Below are positions 56,670-64,000 of a stretch of 64,000 nucleotides of DNA, piece by piece (the first letter of the stretch is position 1; each line of letters begins with the position of its first letter). The stretch lies in assembly GCA_017477485.1 (NCBI GenBank), contig JAFUVR010000037.1, positions 6,949 to 70,948 on the forward strand. Reading direction: 5' to 3'. The notes under the pieces are model-generated. The model was given only the letters and a program-made list of their open reading frames with translations. It searched no databases and had not been told where the DNA came from. A program made the translations under genes and the position numbers. The stretch is from Bacteroidales bacterium. GTDB lineage: Bacteria > Bacteroidota > Bacteroidia > Bacteroidales > P3.

Positions 56670-57194
56670 TTATGGTCTGTCCCACATAAAGACGACATCA
56701 AAGTCGTCTTTATACACCAACGACTCATCGTCAACAAAGGTCACAGTGTAATCACGAGGGACTATGCCCCCCAACTGCATCGTGAAGATCTGGCGCAGAT
56801 GGTTCTTATCCAACGTCCAGCTGAACCTCTGTGCCTCATCGCGACTCACGTCGTCACTGGTGTCCCACTGAAGTCCAGTACTATCGGCAAAATACAATTC
56901 GTGCAAGGTCCCTTTCGTCCATTCACCCCACAGGGCTTTGGGGCTATAGAAGGTCTGGCTTTTGCGAGCAAAGATTCCCGCGTCAAGATTCTCCTCATCA
57001 TTATTCTGTCGATCGACTGGCGCAGTCTTGGCAGAATCTCCTTCCCTCGCCATCTCGCCAGCAGATGCCACACCAACCGTAGCATTCATCGCCGTATCAT
57101 CCACCTCTGCATTCGATGGCTGCTGACCTCCCCCACCGCAGCCTGCCACCAAAGCCATCATAGCACAAGCCAATGCCTGTTTCATCTTCATCAT
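56670..57194 (-). CDS. Hypothetical lipoprotein
   Basis: Lipobox ALVAGC, a low-complexity linker, then a ~110-aa beta-rich domain. Confidence 0.55.
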   Translation of the reverse strand: MMKMKQALACAMMALVAGCGGGGQQPSNAEVDDTAMNATVGVASAGEMAREGDSAKTAPVDRQNNDEENLDAGIFARKSQTFYSPKALWGEWTKGTLHELYFADSTGLQWDTSDDVSRDEAQRFSWTLDKNHLRQIFTMQLGGIVPRDYTVTFVDDESLVYKDDFDVVFMWDRP

Positions 57195-57216
57195 AATTCC
57201 ATCATATTGAAAGGTC

Positions 57217-58695
57217 CTACAACATCACAATACGAGCCTTGATGTCTTTATACTGAGACATTGACTCGCCTATTCCCGCCCCGATATAGGTAGGGTCGCA
57301 CACCGTAAAACGCCGTCCGTCCACCATGTAGTAACTGCCTGGCACCTCGCTGTCGAAACAAACAGCCGTGGCCATATGGTGGGGCAACACCAGCAACACC
57401 ACGTCCAGCCCTACCAACTCGCGCACCAGTATGCTGAACAGTATCGAGCGGTCCTCGCAGTCATTATAGGGGTGGAAGAAACTCTCGTCGCCGAAAAACG
57501 ATCGTTCGCGGCCAAACTGCTCTTGGTCGGTCTTATAGTCGAACGAGGTCTGCACAAAATCCAGCAGCATTTGCACCTGCTTTTTCTTGCTCTTTCCCTC
57601 CAGTCGCTGGCGGAGCGCAGGATAGAGTTGCTGTTTCACATTGTCGCTCAACGAAGCATTGACATAGTAGTTGTACGAGTTAGACTGCGGATAGTTGTCG
57701 AAAAAACTCATCAAGTTATTGTTGACGCTGACATCCGCCTTCATTGTAGCAAAATGCTTGGCAGCAAAGGGTCGCTGAGCATTATTATTCACCGGCAGGA
57801 GGGGCAACTGCTGTAGGCGTAAGGTAGCCGTATGTGTCTTGGGGAATGCCATATCGCACACCTGCACTTTGCCATCGTTTTTGTTGTCGAGGATATAGAA
57901 TCGCCGGTTGCTTTTCCGAATAAAAGAGTAACGGTATATATCTTCTTCGAACACCATCAGCAGCACGAAATGGCCGTTGGCCTTGGCCAACCGCAGCTCT
58001 ATGCCCGACTGCGAAAGCAGCCATGCCTGTAGCAGCGTAGCCTCGTCGCCCGCCTTGCCCATAGCCACGATGGCGGCCTGCCGCGTCAACTCCATATATC
58101 CCCAGTCTCCCAGTTGCATGGAGGAGCATAGCGATAGGCAGTCGCGCAGCAGTGCGTCATAGCGTCCGTCCGATAGTTCTTTCCATGCCTGCGCAGCAGC
58201 CTTTTCATTCACAGCTTTCAAAACCACCCGCCGCGTTGCGTCAATGTGCAAGTCGCATTTCTTGCCATAGAACGTCATCCCAACCGTAGGGTCTTGTGGT
58301 TCAGGCATAGGCAATTCGTCTATCATCTCGTCGGGGGCTATCGCAGGCGGTGGAACCCTTTCGGGCAGTGGAACCACCTCTGGCGTTGGCAGAGGCACAG
58401 GCTCCGACGGCGGCATACGGTCGGGCACCGCCACGGGCTGACGAATAGGCTTGGGCTTCCGCGGGGGCTCCTCACCTTTGAACACGCGCATCTCCTCCCA
58501 CGTCCGCTCCATAAAGCGAGCATAGTCCTCATTGGCCTTCTTGCGAAAGTCGTTATAGTCCTGCTGCGCCTTGTTGCGGAATGCAGAATACTCGCTTTGC
58601 ATCCGCCTTCTGAAAGCATCAAAATCATCATCCTGCGCCGAAAGAGTTCCAGCCAAAACCAGTGCTAAAAAAAATACTGCTGTTTTTTTCATCAT
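57217..58695 (-). CDS. Secreted hypothetical protein with a C-terminal transglutaminase-like Cys-His-Asp region
   Basis: Signal peptide, coiled-coil, a Pro-rich linker, and then FFHPYNDCEDRSILFSILVRELVGLDVVLLVLPHHMATAV.. Confidence 0.55.
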   Translation of the reverse strand: MMKKTAVFFLALVLAGTLSAQDDDFDAFRRRMQSEYSAFRNKAQQDYNDFRKKANEDYARFMERTWEEMRVFKGEEPPRKPKPIRQPVAVPDRMPPSEPVPLPTPEVVPLPERVPPPAIAPDEMIDELPMPEPQDPTVGMTFYGKKCDLHIDATRRVVLKAVNEKAAAQAWKELSDGRYDALLRDCLSLCSSMQLGDWGYMELTRQAAIVAMGKAGDEATLLQAWLLSQSGIELRLAKANGHFVLLMVFEEDIYRYSFIRKSNRRFYILDNKNDGKVQVCDMAFPKTHTATLRLQQLPLLPVNNNAQRPFAAKHFATMKADVSVNNNLMSFFDNYPQSNSYNYYVNASLSDNVKQQLYPALRQRLEGKSKKKQVQMLLDFVQTSFDYKTDQEQFGRERSFFGDESFFHPYNDCEDRSILFSILVRELVGLDVVLLVLPHHMATAVCFDSEVPGSYYMVDGRRFTVCDPTYIGAGIGESMSQYKDIKARIVML

Positions 58696-58840
58696 AATGG
58701 GCGAATAGAATGATTCTTTTTACTGTTTATAAATTCATTACGATTATTATAATAATTACTAATTAACGTTTTCGTTAAGCCGAATCCAGATATATCTTCT
58801 TAACAATTTACCTGTACATTGTGAGGTTTCTATATTGATT

Positions 58841-58881
58841 AAAAAGCCAAGCAATGGATGTTGGACGGGCACCCATTGCTT
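58841..58881 (-). terminator. Intrinsic terminator of the surface-protein operon
   Basis: Minus strand reads AAGCAATGG-(13-nt loop)-CCATTGCTT followed by GGCTTTTT. Confidence 0.6.
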
Positions 58882-58896
58882 GACAATGGGGATATA

Positions 58897-61425
58897 TTAG
58901 TTTTCTACGCGTATTGGACGAACGCATCCAAGATAACCACTAGTATATTCGCTACCACCACTATATCCGTTATCATATTCCCATCTACAATAATTACGAC
59001 TTCCTGATACCCATATGATAAAAAGATAACTACTACTATCTGAAGCAATACTTGAAGAATGATAAACGATTTTGTTGCCGGTTCTAAAACCACCTATTAT
59101 TTCCTTATACTGCCACATAGTTATCAGTTCATCAATGGTAGGCAACCTCCAATCATCATAGCTATAAGCTGCAAGCTGCTCACAATATAGCTGTGCACCT
59201 CGCCAAGACACATAAAAACCGGGATCGGGTGCTACTCGATAAGTATGGCCTTCAAAAACAAATGTCGGCAACATCAAATAATCCACGTCAACTTTGATTT
59301 GTTCGCCATAAGACGTGCCATTTGCATTGGTGGCGTATGCACGGACATAAAAGGTTCTTCCAACATTGATATCGACTACCGAAGTGAAATAGCCAGAGCC
59401 TGTGCCATCATTTGTATGGGCATAGGTCGCAGTGAGGTCTGGATTGGGATATACGCCATAAACGATGCCTCGCGCCGTTATGGGGAATCCGCCATTGTCG
59501 GTTATATGTCCCCCTGATACCACGTTGTCTCCACTTAAAGATGCAGCGGTAGTTGTGACCGTTGGCAATCCATCATGTGTTGTAAATGATATCTGTTCGC
59601 CATAGGTAGTTTCTATACTGGTAGTGGCATAGGCTCTGACATAATAGGTGGTGCCCATCTCAAGATTTGTCAATGAAGAAGTAAATGTTCCATTGCCGCC
59701 ACCTTCGATGCTATGGCTACCCATGATGGTCGGAAATTGCGTTGTGCTCCAACAAAGGCCTTTAGCCGTAACCACAATTCCACCGTTGCTTGTAACACTT
59801 CCCGTATATGTAGCCGTTGTAGCCGTGATATTGTTCACATTTCCAATGGAAATAGTAGGTCTGCCATTATTTGTTGTAAATGTAACCTCATTACCATAGG
59901 ATGTGAGGTGATTATTCGTGGCATACGCCCTCACATGATATGTTGTATTTACTGAAAGGTTATTCATATTGCAAACAAACGTGCCAGTGCCTGCTCCACT
60001 GGCAACATGAGCATCGTGTATGTCAGGATTGCCCGTAGTATTCCAGCAAATGCCTCGTTCGGTGACATCAAGTCCAGCATTGTCTGTTATATTGCCACCG
60101 CATTTTGCTGATGTCGCAGTTATATTTGAGGCAGCTGTAGTAGTCATCGAAACGATGCCCGACCTCGTGGTAAATGTTAGTTCGTTGCCATAGGCAGTAC
60201 CAACACTATTTGTGGCATATGCCCGCACATGATAAGTAGTGCCCGGCGTTAAATTAGTCATATTGCTACCGAACGTGCCATCACCTGATCCATCAGTGGA
60301 ATGAGCATTTTGTATATCTGGATTGCCTGTAGTATTCCAACAGACGCCACGTTCCGTAACACGAAAACCTCCATTATCAGTGATAGTACCTCCTCCTTTA
60401 GCAGAATTGCCAGTAATATCGCTGATTTCTTTCGTAGATAACGATGGCAGACCATTGGTGGTGACGAAACTCTTCTGCGGTCCATAGGAAGTGCCGCACG
60501 AGTTGGTTGCGTATGGACGATAATAGTATGTTATGCCTGGTTCAAGGTTCTGCAGGGTATGTCTGAATGCTCCCGTATCGGCACCATCGGTAGTGACATT
60601 GTCGCTGATGGTGGGTTCCTGCGTCTTAGCATAAACAAAACCGCGTTCTGTGATGGCATCGCCGCCATCATCGGACACCGTGCCGCCAATGGAGGCGGAA
60701 GTGGCCGTAATATTGGTGGCATCATAGGTGCTCAGTGTGGCCTCACCACTTTGTGTCGTGAACATTTTTTGCGCACCAAACGTAGTGGCAATATTGTTGG
60801 TAGCATAGGCACGCACATAGTAGGTTGTGGACTTGGTCAAGTTTGTCAGATTAATGGAATACTCGCCGAGACCCGTTCCAGCAGTGATAACCGAATCATC
60901 GAGTGTGGGAGTCTGATGCGTGGCATAGCAGATACCACGGACTAAGATTTCGTGTCCGCCATCGGCTGTAACATCGCCCGATACCCTTGCCGACAAAGCC
61001 CGTATAGCATTTACATCATTTGTCGTCACCCATGGCAGCAAATCGGCGTTGGTCTTGTCGTAGAGGATAATGTTTTTGTAGTCATAGACTTTGGAGCCAA
61101 GACCCATAAGAGGCTCTTGTCTGGACGGCAGGTCAAGAGCGGTACCATCAAGCCAGAGGTAGCAGTCGTCGCCAAGTTCGTCAAAGTTGACATCGGTAAG
61201 TTTGAACCTTCCGTTGCGGTCAGTAACACTCACGGCATAGACATGCGAGCCATCGGTAACCTGCACCGACACACCCTCCACGGGCTGCATGCTGCTTTTC
61301 TCCACCACAGTGCCTATATACTGTGTGGTGGTGCTTATACCTTCTTTTTCCAAATCTTTGACGCAGGCCCACACCATGCATAACACGGCGGCAGCAATGA
61401 TATACAATAAACTTCTTTTTTTCAT
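58897..61425 (-). CDS. Large surface lipoprotein: CarboxypepD_reg-like domain, six tandem ~98-aa Ig/FN3-like repeats, C-terminal DUF1566 (Lcl C-terminal)-like domain
   Basis: Lipobox VWAC. Contains GVSVQVTDGSHVYAVSVTDRNGRFKL. The repeats end in TTY(Y/H)VRAYATN..G..YG....FTT. The C-terminus WRLPTIDELITMW resembles DUF1566. Confidence 0.75.
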   Translation of the reverse strand: MKKRSLLYIIAAAVLCMVWACVKDLEKEGISTTTQYIGTVVEKSSMQPVEGVSVQVTDGSHVYAVSVTDRNGRFKLTDVNFDELGDDCYLWLDGTALDLPSRQEPLMGLGSKVYDYKNIILYDKTNADLLPWVTTNDVNAIRALSARVSGDVTADGGHEILVRGICYATHQTPTLDDSVITAGTGLGEYSINLTNLTKSTTYYVRAYATNNIATTFGAQKMFTTQSGEATLSTYDATNITATSASIGGTVSDDGGDAITERGFVYAKTQEPTISDNVTTDGADTGAFRHTLQNLEPGITYYYRPYATNSCGTSYGPQKSFVTTNGLPSLSTKEISDITGNSAKGGGTITDNGGFRVTERGVCWNTTGNPDIQNAHSTDGSGDGTFGSNMTNLTPGTTYHVRAYATNSVGTAYGNELTFTTRSGIVSMTTTAASNITATSAKCGGNITDNAGLDVTERGICWNTTGNPDIHDAHVASGAGTGTFVCNMNNLSVNTTYHVRAYATNNHLTSYGNEVTFTTNNGRPTISIGNVNNITATTATYTGSVTSNGGIVVTAKGLCWSTTQFPTIMGSHSIEGGGNGTFTSSLTNLEMGTTYYVRAYATTSIETTYGEQISFTTHDGLPTVTTTAASLSGDNVVSGGHITDNGGFPITARGIVYGVYPNPDLTATYAHTNDGTGSGYFTSVVDINVGRTFYVRAYATNANGTSYGEQIKVDVDYLMLPTFVFEGHTYRVAPDPGFYVSWRGAQLYCEQLAAYSYDDWRLPTIDELITMWQYKEIIGGFRTGNKIVYHSSSIASDSSSYLFIIWVSGSRNYCRWEYDNGYSGGSEYTSGYLGCVRPIRVEN
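59284..61029 (-). repeat. Six tandem coding repeats (~294 nt / 92-98 aa each) inside the 842-aa lipoprotein
   Basis: Hand-delimited units starting VTTNDVNA, QSGEATLS, TNGLPSLS, RSGIVSMT, NNGRPTIS and HDGLPTVT. The conserved core is ITERG.CW.T..NP....H...G.G.G.F...L.NL...TTY.VRAYATN. Confidence 0.8.
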
Positions 61426-61430
61426 GATTG

Positions 61431-62264
61431 TCAGAAATTAAGGGTTAGACCAAAACCTGCGGCAGCCTCGTCGCCAACGGGAGTGATGGCAGGATAGAAC
61501 GATAACGCTCCGTCGTCCTTCCTATACTTGGGCGACATGGAGTAGGCCCTGTAGAGGTTGAACACATAGAGTGCAGCCGCCGCAGAGAAAGAGGCGATGT
61601 TGACCGTACGCAAGGTGTTGTACGACTTCTTAGCTGCACTGAAGTCACCGATGCTTGTGGCGTTGTCCTTCATAATATTCAACTTGCTCTTTGCCATACT
61701 ATAGGAGGCCACACCCGTACCGATTAAGGCAACCTCGCCGATCAACGTGAACACGCCATTAGCCACACGGTTCTTACCCATCTGTCCAAGGCCTGGCATG
61801 ATGGCCGATTTGAAGAGTGCCGAAGAGTTGCTATAAGTGTTGATGTCGTTGCAGGCAGTGAATTCCGAAAAAACGGGATAGACACTGCCCGAGGTGGCAA
61901 CCATACACAGTACTGTGGCAACAAAGCCGTTATTGGTCTTGCGCATATATTCGCATACCTTGTTGACAGGGATGTTGAACTGCATAGCAACAGCACCCCA
62001 TTCGGCACCGCCCTGCAAACTCTTGTTGACCTCGTCCCACGAGACCGTGGTGCCGATACGCATCATAGTGCTTTGGAATACACGTGCCATAGCACGGTTA
62101 AGAGCCTCACTTGGCGTAGAACCCGACCCTGTCTCACGCACAAAGACGTAGGTGCTGTTCTCGGCCTTGGGTAGCGTGGTGACCCAGCCGGGCTTATCAA
62201 CCTCCTGCCCAATGGCAGAAAGAACCATAAAGAGAAAAAGAATAGGTAAAAGAATTTGTTTCAT
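61431..62264 (-). CDS. LPP20-like domain protein with a C-terminal membrane domain
   Basis: Start at MKQILLPILFLFMVLSAIGQ (62264). The N-domain is paralogous to 62291..62731 (PGWVTTLP / PRWVTQLP; NKVCEY in both). The C-terminal half has PGLGQMGKNR and hydrophobic segments. Confidence 0.6.
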   Translation of the reverse strand: MKQILLPILFLFMVLSAIGQEVDKPGWVTTLPKAENSTYVFVRETGSGSTPSEALNRAMARVFQSTMMRIGTTVSWDEVNKSLQGGAEWGAVAMQFNIPVNKVCEYMRKTNNGFVATVLCMVATSGSVYPVFSEFTACNDINTYSNSSALFKSAIMPGLGQMGKNRVANGVFTLIGEVALIGTGVASYSMAKSKLNIMKDNATSIGDFSAAKKSYNTLRTVNIASFSAAAALYVFNLYRAYSMSPKYRKDDGALSFYPAITPVGDEAAAGFGLTLNF

Positions 62265-62290
62265 GGTAGTATTGTTATACAAATCAAAAT

Positions 62291-62731
62291 CTATCTGCAA
62301 TCTCGGAAATCGTCAAACAATGGAGACATATTGCCGTAGCGTGCCACCTGCCAAAGAATGTAAATCTTGACGTTTCTCGACGTTGTCGGTTTCTCGACAT
62401 ATTCGCACACCTTGTTGAGTGGCAGCACCATCTGGGTCTCAGCGACATTGATATTTTCGGTTATACCCTTTTCGAGCACGTGTATGTCGTTCTTGGTGTC
62501 AACCGTAACGCCCAGTTTCCACGAACTCTCAAGAATAGCGGTAGCAAAAGCCTTGGCGTAAGCCTTCTCGTAGGTGTTGGCTTCGGCATGGGTAACACGA
62601 TAATAATAGGTCTCGTTGCTCGGCTCGGGCAACTGCGTAACCCATCGTGGCAGAGCAGAATATGTCTGCGAGACAACGCTCGCAGACATTCCTACAAACA
62701 TCAGAATAAAGAAAATGTATCGCATAATCAA
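62291..62731 (-). CDS. LPP20-like secreted protein
   Basis: Signal peptide, then LPRWVTQLPEPSNETYYYRVTHAEANTYEKAYAKAFATAI. 4-nt overlap with the upstream gene. Confidence 0.6.
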   Translation of the reverse strand: MIMRYIFFILMFVGMSASVVSQTYSALPRWVTQLPEPSNETYYYRVTHAEANTYEKAYAKAFATAILESSWKLGVTVDTKNDIHVLEKGITENINVAETQMVLPLNKVCEYVEKPTTSRNVKIYILWQVARYGNMSPLFDDFRDCR

Positions 62732-63426
62732 TAGCCAGCCTCTTTCTTTGAATCCTTCATGGCCTGCAGACGCTCGTCCATGAATTTCTGGAATTGGGCG
62801 GCGTTGAAGTCAATTCTATCGCTCTCTGCAGCAGCGACAGCCAGTTTTTGCTGCAACTCCACAACAGGAATTTCGACCACATAGTAGGCATCCCATGTGC
62901 CACGATTATTCTGAAAACATTTGTCACAGGTTTTTCGGGCACGGTTCAGCATACCTTCGACCACACTCATCATGCCTCCTTCCATTTTACTCTGCATATC
63001 ATTTCCAGCACTATTGCCCATAACGTTTCGCACATAGTCGGTGGAAAGACCTTGAACAAACTCGGCCATTTTATCTTTACAAACTTGTTTGGCTGCTAAT
63101 TCTGCAGCACGACGAGCTTGCATCTCATTGGCATTGGAGCCGATGCCCAATTCACGGATGTATGCGTCATCATCGTAAGATAAATCAACACAAGGCAACT
63201 CAACATACGTGCCGCGAGCATTCCGCTGTGTTCTTATTGCGTTAAGGGAGTCCATGATTAATTGCCGTTTCATAGCCTCTACTTCCGCCTGAAATTTCTG
63301 TTCCGCATCCCAAGCGGCTTTCTTGGCGGCTCTCTTTTCTTTGCGCGTCTGCGCCATCATGGGGTTGCTTACGGCCACCGACATGGCGATAATGAACAAC
63401 GAGAGAATAAACTTGATGTGTTTCAT
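62728..63426 (-). CDS. Secreted coiled-coil plus LPP20-like domain protein
   Basis: Signal peptide MKHIKFILSLFIIAMSVAVSNPMMAQ, a Lys-rich helix, and then IRELGIGSNANEMQARRAAELAAKQVCKDKMAEFV. Confidence 0.6.
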   Translation of the reverse strand: MKHIKFILSLFIIAMSVAVSNPMMAQTRKEKRAAKKAAWDAEQKFQAEVEAMKRQLIMDSLNAIRTQRNARGTYVELPCVDLSYDDDAYIRELGIGSNANEMQARRAAELAAKQVCKDKMAEFVQGLSTDYVRNVMGNSAGNDMQSKMEGGMMSVVEGMLNRARKTCDKCFQNNRGTWDAYYVVEIPVVELQQKLAVAAAESDRIDFNAAQFQKFMDERLQAMKDSKKEAGY

Positions 63427-63505
63427 GTTTTTTTGTTTTTTGTTGGTTAAAAAAGGGTTAATGAAAATGTATTTGTCTCTTCGTACGCTTGAGGGGGAGT
63501 GATAT

Positions 63506-63547
63506 AAAAAAAATCCCTGACCTTGCGTTTTCGCTTGATCAGGGATT
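63506..63547 (-). terminator. Strong intrinsic terminator inside the leader of the 63426 operon
   Basis: AATCCCTGA (63512-20) / TCAGGGATT (63539-47), 18-nt loop. An A8 run on the + strand gives U8 after the hairpin on the minus transcript. It lies 80 nt upstream of ATG 63426. Confidence 0.7.
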
Positions 63548-63819
63548 CCGTTAAGACAACAAAAAAATCCGCAGACTTATATTTCTTTATGTGTGCTGGG
63601 GTTCTGGACTACCTACTATCACATACAAGAAAGCCCACGGATGTCCGTGAGCGTTTCCCAGCCTTCTCTGTGATAGTGATGAAATTGTCCAGATTTCAGC
63701 ACACAAAAAAGCGAAAAACGCATTTTTTATGATAATAAATCCTCTAAACTCTTTTTATTAAGTTCCTTATAACTAAAGTATTAATTATTAATCGGGGTTA
63801 TAACACGTCCACAAAAATA
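63548..63819 (-). promoter_or_regulatory. Promoter (-7 box TATTTTTG 63812-63819) plus structured leader, copy 2
   Basis: The core 63600-63730 is collinear with 36119-36244. Helices at 63602-09/63687-93, 63616-23/63669-76 and 63636-40/63645-49. Confidence 0.6.
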
Positions 63820-64000
63820 TAAATTATTTCTCTGAAAGTGGGGGTAGTATGACTGAATCTTTTTTAGATAATAAGAGTCATATAAATAAAGTAAATAAAT
63901 GCAATTTTAAATGCTATTTTGTTTTTTGCTTTTTTATTTTAATTCTCATAGCTTCAATTAGCATGATAATTACATATATTATTTTTTTATGTGATAAAAA

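Noticed and set aside
63619-63723. 34-aa minus-strand ORF inside leader copy 2 (possible leader peptide)
   Set aside because: The homologous position in leader copy 1 has no ATG, so the ORF is not conserved between the two copies.

Overview
This is a 64-kb chromosomal segment from a fairly GC-rich member of the Bacteroidales (Bacteroidota). The taxon call rests on many TAnnTTTG -7 promoter boxes, gldD, the DUF4290-murA pair and numerous lipoproteins. I can support about 55 protein genes and 4 tRNAs (Ala-GGC, Ala-CGC, Leu-CAA, Val-TAC). I see no rRNA, no CRISPR array and no transposase or integrase. Most genes are housekeeping: a GH31 fragment, frameshifted comM, cls plus a CDP-alcohol phosphatidyltransferase, murA, purB, prs, rplY, an MsbA-like ABC exporter, an HtrA-like protease, aroE, iorAB and gldD. 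A porin/imelysin/di-haem DUF1111/CcsBA cluster and a co-linear fabH-fabF-fabZ-fabG-etfB-etfA-acd block are also present. The most interesting locus is a minus-strand operon at 31.7-36.3 kb. It encodes a twin-arginine-signal protein with 41 cysteines spaced almost perfectly every fourth residue (CXXX repeats). Downstream come a radical SAM/SPASM enzyme, a SPASM-only paralogue lacking the SAM-cluster motif, a small accessory protein, and then tatA and tatC. This operon sits behind a roughly 245-nt structured leader. The promoter plus leader module occurs a second time, with compensatory stem changes, at 63.5-63.8 kb, in front of an unrelated operon of LPP20-like proteins and a large repeat-rich surface lipoprotein. 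Other notable items are a 1.36-kb AT-rich insertion carrying a DUF3791-DUF3990-DUF3791 (ART-fold) module, bounded by an 87-nt duplication of the 3' end of a NADAR-like gene. There is also a nested-palindrome leader upstream of a thioredoxin-like gene, a 62-64-bp tandem repeat upstream of fabH, and an AT-rich orphan ORF after ccsBA. All function calls come from reading motifs by eye; no database search was run.
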